A stretch of DNA of 13,219 nt, taken from assembly GCA_964658025.1 (NCBI GenBank), contig CAZZXB010000001.1, forward strand, positions 1-13,219. Direction: 5' to 3'. This stretch comes from an uncultured Janthinobacterium sp. GTDB lineage: Bacteria > Vulcanimicrobiota > Vulcanimicrobiia > Vulcanimicrobiales > Vulcanimicrobiaceae. The first letter of the stretch is position 1; the number at the start of each line of letters is the position of its first letter. A program made the position numbers and the translations under genes. Below the pieces are notes generated by a model. It made no database searches. It was given only the letters and a program-made list of their open reading frames with translations, and was not told where the DNA came from. Below, piece after piece: positions 1 to 8,919 of this stretch.

Positions 1-319
1 CGTGTGCCGCAGCCGTCGCGACGTCGCCGTTCCGCGACGCGGATTCGGCGGCGCCTCCCGCCGCGGTCTCGGGAGAGCCGGCCTCGACGAGCGTGAGCAA
101 GATCGTGCCCTCGGAGACCTTGTCGCCGACCGCGACGGAGACGTCGCGCACGACGCCGCCCTGCGGCGCGGGGACGTCCATCGTCGTCTTCTCCGACTCG
201 AGCGTCACGAGGGGCGTCTCCGGCGCGATCGTATCGCCCGGCGCGACGAGCACCTCGATCACCGGGACGTTCGCGAAGTCGCCGATGTTCGGCACGCGAA
301 TCTCGATCGTCGTACTCAT
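1..319 (-). CDS. aceF: Lipoyl-domain protein, 5' part (probably pyruvate dehydrogenase E2 dihydrolipoamide acetyltransferase); runs off the window edge
   Basis: Not in the ORF track. Manual translation from ATG at 319 gives MSTTIEIRVPNIGDFANVPVIEVLVAPGDTIAPETPLVTLESEKTTMDVPAPQGGVVRDVSVAVGDKVSEGTILLTL followed by an Ala/Gly-rich linker. This is a classic lipoyl domain with the lipoyl-Lys in ESEK. The start overlaps the aceE stop (ATGA). A lipoyl-bearing E3 cannot be excluded. Confidence 0.8.
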   Translation of the reverse strand, partial: MSTTIEIRVPNIGDFANVPVIEVLVAPGDTIAPETPLVTLESEKTTMDVPAPQGGVVRDVSVAVGDKVSEGTILLTLVEAGSPETAAGGAAESASRNGDVATAAAH

Positions 320-3018
320 ACGGTCACCGGTTCCGGTTTCTCCGGATCGATCGCGAACGCGCGCATCGCGTCGGCGACGATCGTGCGCGCGACCGTCCCT
401 TCGTCCGCGAGCGACGAGAGCGCGGCGAGCGCGATCCATCGACGATCGACCTCGAAGAAGTCGCGCAACTTGCGCCGATAATCGCTGCGTCCGAAGCCGT
501 CCGTCCCGAGCACGCGGTACCGACGCGGAACGAAAGGCCGGATGCCGTCGGCGTGGCTCTTGAGATAATCGCTCGCCGCCACGACCGGCGCGGCATCGTC
601 CGACAGCACGCGCGTGACGTACGGCACGCGCGGAGGCGCGTCCGGATGTAAGAGATTCCAGCGCTCGACGGCGAGCCCGTCGCGCCGGAGTTCGTTGTAA
701 CTCGTCGCGCTCCACACGTCCGCCGCCACGCCGTACTGCGTCGCGAGGAGATCGGCCGCGGCGATCGCTTCGCGCAAGATCGCGCCCGACCCGATCAACG
801 TCACGCGCGGCGCGCGTTCGCCGAGATCCGGCGCGGCGCGAAAGCGATAGAGTCCCTTGACGATGCCCTCTTCGACGTCCGCCGGCATCGCGGGATGGTG
901 GTAGTTCTCGTTGAGGACCGTTATATAATAGAAGACGTCCTCTTGTTCGCCGACCATCCGCCGCAGACCGTCGCGGACGATCGTCGCGACTTCGTAGTGG
1001 AACGTCGGATCGTAAGAAACGCAATTCGGTACGACCGAGGCGAGGAGTTGGCTATGGCCGTCCTCGTGCTGTAGGCCCTCGCCGTTGAGCGTGGTCCGCC
1101 CCGAGGTGCCGCCGATCAAGAATCCACGCGACCGCATGTCGCCCGCCGCCCACGCGAGATCGCCGATACGCTGGAATCCGAACATCGAGTAGAACACGAA
1201 GAACGGGATCATCGGTTCGTCGCTCGTCGAGTAACTCGTCGCCGCCGCGATCCACGACGACATCGCGCCCGCTTCGTTGATGCCCTCTTGCAGGATCTGT
1301 CCCGACGCGTCTTCGCGATAGTACATGAGTTGCGCCGCGTCTTGGGGCTTGTAGAGCTGGCCCTGATGCGAGTAGATGCCGAGCTGACGGAACAGCCCTT
1401 CCATGCCGAACGTGCGCGTTTCGTCCGCCACGATCGGGACGATCCGCGGCCCGAGTTCCTTGTCCTTGAGCAGCGTCGCGAGAAAACGCGTGAACGCCAT
1501 CGTCGTCGAGAACTCGCGCTCGCCCGAATCCTTGAAGAGCGCGTCGAACGAGGCGAGCGGCGGAATCGCGAACGTCTTCGACGCGGCGCGACGCCGCTGC
1601 GGAACCGATCCGAGCGCGCTCGTCCGCTCGGCGAGATACCTCGCTTCGGGACTGTCGGCGGGCGGGCGATAGAACGGCACGCTCGCGAGATCCGCGTCGG
1701 AGACCGGGATCGCGAACCGATCCCGGAATTGCCGCATCGCCTTCAGATCGAGATGCTTCTGTTGGTGCGCGATGTTCTGCGCCTCGCCCGAACTCCCCAT
1801 CCCGTAACCCTTGATCGTCTTCGCGAGCACGACCGTCGGCTGACCGACGTGCTTCGTCGCCGCGTCGTATGCGGCGTAGACCTTTCGAACGTCGTGGCCG
1901 CCGCGTCGGAGCGCCCAGATCTGTTCGTCGGTCCAATCCGCGACGAGCGCGGCGGTCTCCGGAAAGCGACCGAAAAAGTGTTCGCGGACGTACGCTCCGT
2001 CGTTCGCCTTGAGCGTTTGATAATCGCCGTCGACGAATTCGTTCATCAGTTGAACGAGTCGTCCCGATCGATCGCGCGCGAGCAAGCCGTCCCATCCCGA
2101 GCCCCACACGACCTTGACGACGTTCCAACCGTTCCCGCGAAACTCGCGCTCGAGTTCCTGGATGATCTTCCCGTTACCGCGCACCGGCCCGTCGAGCCGT
2201 TGGAGATTGCAGTTGACGACGAAGATGAGGTTGTCGAGACCCTCGCGCGCCGCGACGGAGAGCGCGCCGAGCGATTCCGGCTCGTCCGTCTCGCCGTCGC
2301 CGAGAAAACACCATACTTTCCGCGCCGCGGTGTCGGCGATCCCACGCGCGTGCAGATATTTCAGAAACCGCGCTTGGTAGATCGCCTGAATCGGTCCCAG
2401 ACCCATCGACACCGTCGCGAACTGCCAGAAGTCCGGCATCAACCACGAGTGCGGATACGACGAGAGCCCGTCGCCGTCGACTTCTTGCCGGAAGTGCGCG
2501 AGCCGCGCTTCGTCGATGCGGCCCTCGAGAAACGCACGCGCGTAGACGCCGGGCGACGAGTGACCCTGGAAGAACACGAGATCGCCGCCGAACTCGGACG
2601 TCGGCGCGCGAAAGAAGTGATTGAATCCCACGTCGTAGAGCGTCGCCGACGACGCGAAGCTCGCGACGTGGCCGCCGAGTTCCGAACTCGCTTCGTTCGC
2701 GCGGACGACCATCGCCATCGCGTTCCACCGCACGTAGTGACGGATCCGCGTCTCGAGTTCTTCGTTTCCCGGCATCCGCGGCTGTTCGGAGACGTTGATC
2801 GTGTTGACGTACGGCGTCTGCACGCCGAGTTCGACGTGTGCGCCGCCCGCTTGCGCGCGCTCGACGAGACGCTCGACGAGTTCGCGCGCCCGGCCCGGGC
2901 CCTCGTGCGCGATCACGCCGTCGAGCGCTTCGAGCCACTCGCGCGTCTCGTCCGGGTCGCCGTCGATGGAGGGCGGTGCGGTGATCATGGCCCACGCGTT
3001 TGCCGTCCGGTCGGCCAT
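316..3018 (-). CDS. aceE: Pyruvate dehydrogenase E1 component, homodimeric type
   Basis: About 900 aa with hallmark motifs DPDETREWL, GGHVASFASSATLY, FQGHSSPG, SSYPH, TVSMGLGP, the ThDP-binding GDGE...NCNLQRLDGPV, TTLNGEGLQHEDG and LGTDGFGRSD. An alternative start is ATG at 2988. Confidence 0.97.
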   Translation of the reverse strand: MADRTANAWAMITAPPSIDGDPDETREWLEALDGVIAHEGPGRARELVERLVERAQAGGAHVELGVQTPYVNTINVSEQPRMPGNEELETRIRHYVRWNAMAMVVRANEASSELGGHVASFASSATLYDVGFNHFFRAPTSEFGGDLVFFQGHSSPGVYARAFLEGRIDEARLAHFRQEVDGDGLSSYPHSWLMPDFWQFATVSMGLGPIQAIYQARFLKYLHARGIADTAARKVWCFLGDGETDEPESLGALSVAAREGLDNLIFVVNCNLQRLDGPVRGNGKIIQELEREFRGNGWNVVKVVWGSGWDGLLARDRSGRLVQLMNEFVDGDYQTLKANDGAYVREHFFGRFPETAALVADWTDEQIWALRRGGHDVRKVYAAYDAATKHVGQPTVVLAKTIKGYGMGSSGEAQNIAHQQKHLDLKAMRQFRDRFAIPVSDADLASVPFYRPPADSPEARYLAERTSALGSVPQRRRAASKTFAIPPLASFDALFKDSGEREFSTTMAFTRFLATLLKDKELGPRIVPIVADETRTFGMEGLFRQLGIYSHQGQLYKPQDAAQLMYYREDASGQILQEGINEAGAMSSWIAAATSYSTSDEPMIPFFVFYSMFGFQRIGDLAWAAGDMRSRGFLIGGTSGRTTLNGEGLQHEDGHSQLLASVVPNCVSYDPTFHYEVATIVRDGLRRMVGEQEDVFYYITVLNENYHHPAMPADVEEGIVKGLYRFRAAPDLGERAPRVTLIGSGAILREAIAAADLLATQYGVAADVWSATSYNELRRDGLAVERWNLLHPDAPPRVPYVTRVLSDDAAPVVAASDYLKSHADGIRPFVPRRYRVLGTDGFGRSDYRRKLRDFFEVDRRWIALAALSSLADEGTVARTIVADAMRAFAIDPEKPEPVTV

Positions 3019-3103
3019 TCATTCGGGCGGATGGGACCGCCGCCGCCTTTGGCACCCGCCAATCGCCGGGATGACGCGCGCGGAGCGAGAACGTCGCGGC
3101 CCA

Positions 3104-4306
3104 ATGGATGGTGCGGCGGCGAATCTCCGGCGTTTCTACGTCGGCATGCTCGCCGGCGACGTCGCGTACGAGATCCAGGGCGTCGCGATCGCGTGGTACG
3201 TGTTCACCTTGCGGCATCGCGCGTTCGATCTCGGCCTCGTCGGCCTCGCGCTCTTCCTGCCCGCCGCGCTCTTCGCCCTCCCCGCCGGAATCGTCTCCGA
3301 TCGTCTCGATCGACGCGCCATCGTCGCGACGACGCTGACGCTCGAGGCGATCGCCGTCGCGGGATTCGTCGCCGCCGTCGCCTCCCACGTGCGCTCGCTC
3401 CCGCTCTATCTCGCGATCCTCGCGATCGTCGGCACGGCGCGCGCGTTCGGCGTCCCATCCGAGCGCGCGATCTTGCCCGGGATCGTCGGCTCGGATCGTT
3501 TCGTCCGCGTCCAGGCGTCGTACGCGTCGCTGCGCGAGGGGATCCGGCTCGCGGGTCCGGTCGTCGGCGGCCTCCTCGTCGCCGCTTCGACGCAGCTCGC
3601 GCTCGGAGCGTCGTGCGTCGCGCTCGCCTTCTCCGCGCTCGTCCTCGCCTCGCTCGACGTGCGACGCGTCCCGGCGGAGCGACCGCCGACGCTGCGCGAC
3701 GCCTTCGAGGGCCTCCGTTTCCTGCGCTCCGAGCCGATCGTCGCGGGCGCGATCTCGCTCGATCTCTTCGCCGTCCTCTTCGGCGGCGCGACGGCGCTCT
3801 TGCCCGCCTTCGCCGACGGCGTGTTCCACCTCGGTCCGCAGGGGCTCGGACTCTTGCGGAGCGCGCCCGGCGTCGGCGCCGCGATCGCGGCCGTCGTCCT
3901 CGCCCGCCGCCCGCTCGAACGCCGCGTCGGGGCGACGCTCTTCGCGACGGTCGCGATCTTCGGACTCGCGACGATCGTTTTCGGCCTCTCGAAAAATTTC
4001 GCGCTCTCGCTCGTCGCGCTCGCGATCGTCGGCGCCTCGGATATGGTGAGCGTCGTCATCCGCGTCGCGCTCGTCGGGCTCGCGACGCCCGACGCGATGC
4101 GCGGCCGCGTGAACGCGGTCGAGAACGTCTTCATCGGTGCCTCGAACGAGCTCGGCGCGTTCGAATCGGGGACGCTCGCGGGCTTCGTCGGCGTCGTTCC
4201 GGCGGTCGTGATCGGGGGGCTCGGAACGCTCGCGGTCATCGCGCTCTGGTCGGCGGCGTTTCCCGCCCTCCGCCGCGCCGACCGTTTCGCGAGCGCCGAA
4301 ACGTAA
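3104..4306 (+). CDS. MFS transporter (MFS_3/DHA3-like)
   Basis: About 12 hydrophobic segments, motif A GIVSDRLDRR, SLDLFAVLFGGA and TPDAMRGRV...FIGASNELG. The start is ATG 3104 or 3071; the ORF-track extension to 2795 overlaps aceE and is unlikely. Confidence 0.9.
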   Translation: MDGAAANLRRFYVGMLAGDVAYEIQGVAIAWYVFTLRHRAFDLGLVGLALFLPAALFALPAGIVSDRLDRRAIVATTLTLEAIAVAGFVAAVASHVRSLPLYLAILAIVGTARAFGVPSERAILPGIVGSDRFVRVQASYASLREGIRLAGPVVGGLLVAASTQLALGASCVALAFSALVLASLDVRRVPAERPPTLRDAFEGLRFLRSEPIVAGAISLDLFAVLFGGATALLPAFADGVFHLGPQGLGLLRSAPGVGAAIAAVVLARRPLERRVGATLFATVAIFGLATIVFGLSKNFALSLVALAIVGASDMVSVVIRVALVGLATPDAMRGRVNAVENVFIGASNELGAFESGTLAGFVGVVPAVVIGGLGTLAVIALWSAAFPALRRADRFASAET

Positions 4307-4322
4307 CGTTTCGACGCCCGAA

Positions 4323-4362
4323 AATGCATTGTATTGACGCCGCGCTTCGCCGGGCGGAGAAT
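4323..4362 (+). promoter_or_regulatory. Sigma70-type promoter of the GntR gene with an overlapping putative operator
   Basis: TTGACG (4334-4339), 17 nt, then GAGAAT (4357-4362), 8 nt before ATG 4371. An imperfect palindrome AATGCA-T-TGTATT (4323-4335) abuts and overlaps the -35 within an AT-rich patch. Confidence 0.5.
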
Positions 4363-4370
4363 GGAACGGC

Positions 4371-5072
4371 ATGCTCCAGTTCGGTCCCGACCACGCGTCG
4401 GTCCACACGCTCCGCGACGCCGTCGCCCACCACTTGCGCGAAGAGATCGTGACGGGCGTCCTGCGGCCGGGCCAGACCATCAAGGACGTGGAGCTCGCGT
4501 CGCGCCTGGGGATCAGCACGACGCCGGTCCGCGAGGCGCTCTCGCAGCTCTCGCTCGAACGCCTCATCGATATGCCGCCGAATCGACCCAAGCGGATCGC
4601 GCCGCTCTCGAAGCGCTACGCGCTCGAAATGTACGCGATCTTCCGGCTCCTCTCGATGGCCGCGTACGAATCCGGCACGCCGAAACTCTCCGCCGCCGAC
4701 ATCGCCGCGATGCGGGCCGGCAACGATCGGCTCGCGGAGTCGATCGATCGCGACGACCGCCGCGCCGTCATGTCGGCCTCGCGCGACATCCACGACCGCG
4801 TCATCCGCGCCGCCGGAAACGGCGAATTGCGGCGCATGTGCGGTCGGAGCTTCGTGTGGCTCGAGCGCGTCTTCTACGCCGCGGCGAACGTCGATCGCGC
4901 GCGCCCCGCATTGCAGAGCCACATCGAAGCGGTCGAGGCGCTCGAACGCGGAGCATTCGAAACGGCCGCCCTCGCCCTGCGTCAGTCGGCCGACTACCTC
5001 GCGGCCGTGATCCACGAGATGCCGACCGACGTCGACCAACCGCGCGTCCGGATCGCCCGCAAGCCCGCCTGA
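4371..5072 (+). CDS. GntR family transcriptional regulator (FadR subfamily, FCD domain)
   Basis: N-terminal wHTH LREEIVTGVLRPG...ELASRLGISTTPVREALSQL, and a C-terminal FCD-like region with IHDRVIRAAGN and a later His (SHIEAVEAL). Confidence 0.92.
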   Translation: MLQFGPDHASVHTLRDAVAHHLREEIVTGVLRPGQTIKDVELASRLGISTTPVREALSQLSLERLIDMPPNRPKRIAPLSKRYALEMYAIFRLLSMAAYESGTPKLSAADIAAMRAGNDRLAESIDRDDRRAVMSASRDIHDRVIRAAGNGELRRMCGRSFVWLERVFYAAANVDRARPALQSHIEAVEALERGAFETAALALRQSADYLAAVIHEMPTDVDQPRVRIARKPA

Positions 5073-5220
5073 ACCGTTCGGGCGCCGCGCGGCGCTCGAT
5101 TCTCGTCCGTTTCCGACCGAAACGTCGAATAGCGCCGAACGAGGGGCGCCGCTCATCGACGTACCTGCCGGTTACATCCGCGAACGCAGAACGGCGCGCG
5201 ATTTCGCGCTCGCTCCGTTT

Positions 5221-6012
5221 TTGGCGTTCGCCGCGCTCTACCTCACCGCGTTCACGGTCCTCTCGGCGCGCGGATACGGCGGCGACGCCCTGCGCACGCT
5301 CGAGTACTCGCTCATGTTCGTCGCGCTCGCGTTCGTCGCGAAAACGCGGACGGAGCCCGAACGCGAGGCGATCCGACGCGGACGCAACCTCGTCGCGCAG
5401 ATCGCGACGTGTGCCGCCGCGATCGCGATCACGGGATACTTCGGAGCGCTCCTAGGCTCCGAAGACGATACCGCCGGCATCGTCTTCGGTCTCGCGTACC
5501 GCTCGGGAGCGTGGCAGTTCGCGATCGAAGTGTGCTTCGTCTTTCTCGTCTTTCGTTTCTTCGGCGTCGGCCGAGACGATCTCGGCATCCGAAGGTGGGC
5601 GCGCGGCGCGAATCTGACGGCGTTCGTGTGGATCGCGACCGCGATCGGCTTTCTGGCGTACGACGTCGTGAGCGGCGCGCTCTCGTCGGCAGAAGCGCTG
5701 CGCGACGTCGTCCACAACGTATTCCGAAACGGATTCAGCGAGGAGTTTCTTTTCCGCGGCGCCTTGCTCTCGCGGTTGCGTCTCGTCGTCTCCAACCAGT
5801 GGGCGATCCTCTGCCAAGCGCTCCTGTTCGCCGCGTGGCATTACGGAACCGATATCCGCGCGGCGAACGGCGATCCGCTCGTCGCGGCGTGCTTCATGGT
5901 GACCGTGCAGGGCGTGTTCGGCTACGCGCTCGGCTATCTCGCGGTGCGGACGCGTTCGATCGCGATCGGTTCCGCGTTCCACGCGATCGCCGACGCGACG
6001 AGCATCATTTGA
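5221..6012 (+). CDS. CPBP (CAAX protease/Abi, Rce1-like) family intramembrane glutamic endopeptidase
   Basis: Multi-TM protein with the CPBP motifs EEFLFRG, FAAWH and HAIAD. The start is uncertain: TTG 5221 is used here, but the frame stays open upstream. Confidence 0.85.
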   Translation: MAFAALYLTAFTVLSARGYGGDALRTLEYSLMFVALAFVAKTRTEPEREAIRRGRNLVAQIATCAAAIAITGYFGALLGSEDDTAGIVFGLAYRSGAWQFAIEVCFVFLVFRFFGVGRDDLGIRRWARGANLTAFVWIATAIGFLAYDVVSGALSSAEALRDVVHNVFRNGFSEEFLFRGALLSRLRLVVSNQWAILCQALLFAAWHYGTDIRAANGDPLVAACFMVTVQGVFGYALGYLAVRTRSIAIGSAFHAIADATSII

Positions 6013-7451
6013 GACGCGCGCTCGTCGCCGCCTTCGCGGCGATCGTCTTCATCGGAATCTTCTGCCCGGGTTCGCTGCCGACGCACATCGCGCGCGACTT
6101 CGATGCGTTCTACTGCGCCGGAGCGAGCGTCGACGCCGGCGCGGATCCGTACCGCGCCGAGCCGATCGGGGCGTGCGAGCGTCGCGATAAGGGCGAGATC
6201 TTGCACGGAAACTTACCCGTGACCGTTCCCGCCCCGCTTCCGCCGTACGACCTCGCGGTTTTCGCGCGGATCGCGCGTCTGTCGTATACGAACGCCGTCA
6301 TCCTGTGGACGGCGCTCATCGCGCTCTCGCTCGTCGTCACGATCGAGGCGCTCGCGACCGTGACGGGGCTCTCGCGGACGTTGCTGTGGCTCGTCCTCGC
6401 ACCGATCGACGGCGTGAGCGCGACCTATCTCGGCGAGATCGCGCCGATCGCCGTCGCGGGTCTCGCGCTCGCCATGCTCGCCGTCCGCGACGGACGGCCC
6501 GTGCTCGCGGCGCTCGCGGGCACGCTCTCGCTCTGCGAGCCGCACGTCGGCGTCGCGCCGATCGCGGCGCTGTTTCTCTGCGTGCCGAAGGCGCGGCCGA
6601 CGATCGTCGCGAGCGCGGTCGCGCTCTCGGCGCTCTGCGTCGCGACCGTCGGGCTCGGAACGACGATCGAATACTTCCGCGACGTCCTGCCGGCGCACGC
6701 GCTTTCGGAGATTCCGAGTCCGCGCCAATTGAGCCTCACGGCGTTACTCCACACCGCGGGCGTGTCGGACGCGCTCGCCCTCACGCTCGGCAGCCTCTCG
6801 TATCTCACGATGCTCTTCGTCGGACTCGCGGCGGCTCGGCGGATCGCGTTACGCGATCCGGTGGATCCGATGTTCGTCGCGGCGCCCGCCGCATTCGTCC
6901 TGCTCGGCGGCCCGTTCATCCACGTCGTGCAGATGCCGGCCGCGTTCCCCGCGGCGCTCCTCGCCTTCGCGCGCTCGACGGGCCGCATGCGCGACGTGCT
7001 CGGCGCGGCGCTCGTCGCGATCGCGATCCCGTGGCTCTCGTTTCTCGGATTCGGAACGATCTTCGTGCCCCTCGTCGGCATCGTCGCGGGCTTTCTGACC
7101 TCTTCGATTTTCGGAACGAAGCCGCGCGCGGCGATCGCGGTCGGCGCGTGCGCCGCGCTCGCGGCGTTTTCGCTCGAATTCGGGCTCGCGTTCGGCGACG
7201 TCTTTCCCGGCCACGTCGCACTCCCGCCGATCGATCCGCACGATCTCGCGGAAGTGAGTTGGGCGCACAATATCCGCGCGATCGCGCACCTCGATCGTTC
7301 GCTCTTCGATGCGGCGCGCGCCCCGACGTGGCTCGCCATCGCGACGATCGTCGTCGCGCTCGCGATCTCGTTCCGCCGGGGCGAGTCGCAAACGCTCGAG
7401 GATCGTCGCGCGATCCGCTTCGGGGTCGGGACGTCGCCGGGCACGTCCTGA
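6009..7451 (+). CDS. Polytopic membrane protein, glycosyltransferase family 87 (GT-C/DUF2029)-like
   Basis: TTG at 6009 overlaps the CPBP stop (TTGA). An N-terminal TM is followed by DFDAFYCAG...GADPY and then PLPPY (GT87 DF..Y / YPP-like), with about 10-12 further TM segments and EPH at the usual KP position. 480 aa. Confidence 0.65.
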   Translation: MRRALVAAFAAIVFIGIFCPGSLPTHIARDFDAFYCAGASVDAGADPYRAEPIGACERRDKGEILHGNLPVTVPAPLPPYDLAVFARIARLSYTNAVILWTALIALSLVVTIEALATVTGLSRTLLWLVLAPIDGVSATYLGEIAPIAVAGLALAMLAVRDGRPVLAALAGTLSLCEPHVGVAPIAALFLCVPKARPTIVASAVALSALCVATVGLGTTIEYFRDVLPAHALSEIPSPRQLSLTALLHTAGVSDALALTLGSLSYLTMLFVGLAAARRIALRDPVDPMFVAAPAAFVLLGGPFIHVVQMPAAFPAALLAFARSTGRMRDVLGAALVAIAIPWLSFLGFGTIFVPLVGIVAGFLTSSIFGTKPRAAIAVGACAALAAFSLEFGLAFGDVFPGHVALPPIDPHDLAEVSWAHNIRAIAHLDRSLFDAARAPTWLAIATIVVALAISFRRGESQTLEDRRAIRFGVGTSPGTS

Positions 7452-7471
7452 CGACCGCCGCGCCCGATCGT

Positions 7472-8164
7472 TCAGAACCGTTCGAGTAATTCTGCGAGCG
7501 CTCGGGTCTCGGGCGCGGAACGCAGGACGTTCCACGATGCGTCCTGCACGACGGTTCCGTCTTCCACGACGACGGCCCGCGCGCAGAGCCGCGAGAGCAC
7601 GTCGGGATCGTGATCGACGACGAGCATCGTGAACCCGAGGCTCCGCTGCCACGCGGCGAGCGCCGCGACGAGATCGCGCACGAGCCGTCGATCGAGCCCG
7701 GCGAACGGCTCGTCGAGTAAGACGAGCCGCGGCTTGCGCGCGAGCATCCGCGCGAGCGCGACGCGCCGCGCCTGACCGCCCGAGATCGCCGCGGCCGACG
7801 TCGTCCAGAGCGCGCCGAGATCGAGACGCTCGCGGAGCTCGCCGATCCACGCGCCGTCTTCCGAGGCGCCGGCCGAACCGAAGCGCACGTTGCGCCCGAC
7901 GTCGAGATGCGGGAAGAGATTCGCGTCTTGCGTGAGATAGCCGATCGGGCGGCGATGGAGCGGGACCGGCGGCGGGTGCAACGCGACGGAATCGAAGCGA
8001 ACGTAGCCCTCGTCGGGCGTTTCGACGCCCGCGATGCAGCCCAAGATCGTGCTCTTCCCCGATCCCGACGTCCCGAAGAGTCCGCACGCCTCGCCCGTCG
8101 CGACGCGGACGGTCGCATCGACGACGAAGCGCCGTCGCGCCTTCACGACGCGCGCGTCAAGCAC
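7472..8164 (-). CDS. modC: Molybdate/tungstate ABC transporter ATP-binding subunit (short, no TOBE domain)
   Basis: Walker A GTSGSGKST, Q-loop YLTQDANLFPHL, signature ISGGQ, Walker B LLDEPF and H-loop DHD. It overlaps the permease stop by 8 nt. Confidence 0.85.
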   Translation of the reverse strand: MLDARVVKARRRFVVDATVRVATGEACGLFGTSGSGKSTILGCIAGVETPDEGYVRFDSVALHPPPVPLHRRPIGYLTQDANLFPHLDVGRNVRFGSAGASEDGAWIGELRERLDLGALWTTSAAAISGGQARRVALARMLARKPRLVLLDEPFAGLDRRLVRDLVAALAAWQRSLGFTMLVVDHDPDVLSRLCARAVVVEDGTVVQDASWNVLRSAPETRALAELLERF

Positions 8165-8909
8165 GCGAGACGCCCGCGCGCGCGAGCACGTTCGCGAACC
8201 ACGGGAGCGGCAGCGCCGTCACGAGGAATACGACCAGGAGCGGCATCACGGCGGGCAAGCCGAAATCTTGCAAGGCCGTCCACATCGCGACGGGCATCCC
8301 CGCCGGATAGTACGCGGTGATCGCGACCGCGCCGAATTCGGTGAGCGCGCGAACCCACGCGAGGCTGAGCGCGACCGCGAACCCGAGCCGCGCGAGCGGG
8401 AACGTGACGCGCCAGAAAACGCTCCACGGGGTGCGCCCGAGAAGCGCCGCCGACGCGACGAGCGCGCGGGGCACCGCGTCGATCGCGACGATCGCGCCGA
8501 GCACGTAATACCCGACCGCGACGTAGAACTGCGTGACGACGAACGCGAGCGGCGTGTTCGTCATCTCGAGTCCGAATCGATCGAGGAACGGTCCGAGCGC
8601 GTGCGGCCCGAAGGCGAGCGACATCAGGATGCCGAGCGCGAGCGGCGGCAACAACACCGAGATCAGCAGCGCCGCCTGCCAGAAGATCCGTTCGCGCGGA
8701 CGCGCGCGCGACACGAACACGGCGACGGGCGTGCCGAGCGCGACGACCGCGACCATCGCGAGCGCCGTGTACCCGAGCGAAACCCGGACGGCGCCGAGCG
8801 TCGCGCCGCCGACGTCGAAGCGCCACGTTCCGACCGGAACGACGAGTCCGACGAGCGGGTAGAGCACGACGACGAAAAATCCGATCGTCGCGACGCGAGC
8901 GAGGCCCAT
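8157..8909 (-). CDS. modB: Molybdate/tungstate ABC transporter permease
   Basis: ATG 8909, 250 aa. LLPPLALGI, an EAA-like loop ASAALLGRTPWSVFWRVTFPL, and WVRALTEFGA (ModB/CysT-type RALGEFGA). Confidence 0.85.
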   Translation of the reverse strand: MGLARVATIGFFVVVLYPLVGLVVPVGTWRFDVGGATLGAVRVSLGYTALAMVAVVALGTPVAVFVSRARPRERIFWQAALLISVLLPPLALGILMSLAFGPHALGPFLDRFGLEMTNTPLAFVVTQFYVAVGYYVLGAIVAIDAVPRALVASAALLGRTPWSVFWRVTFPLARLGFAVALSLAWVRALTEFGAVAITAYYPAGMPVAMWTALQDFGLPAVMPLLVVFLVTALPLPWFANVLARAGVSRA

Positions 8910-8919
8910 CCGCGCCGCG

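Noticed and set aside
3022..3049. AAGG-N19/20-CGAA element upstream of aceE and of the tRNA (13191-13217) on the minus strand
   Set aside because: Only two 4-mers with variable spacing. It could be an alternative-sigma promoter but cannot be supported without a genome-wide motif search.
1288..4452. 1054-aa plus-strand ORF, the 805-aa minus-strand ORF 2174..4591 and many other Arg/Ala-rich ORFs
   Set aside because: These are shadow or alternate frames of aceE, the MFS gene and others in high-GC DNA. They have low-complexity Arg-rich composition and no motifs.
5409..6008. N-terminal extension of the 680-aa ORF, suggesting a larger or fused protein
   Set aside because: It is an out-of-frame overlap with the CPBP gene. 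Protein-like sequence begins only at TTG 6009.
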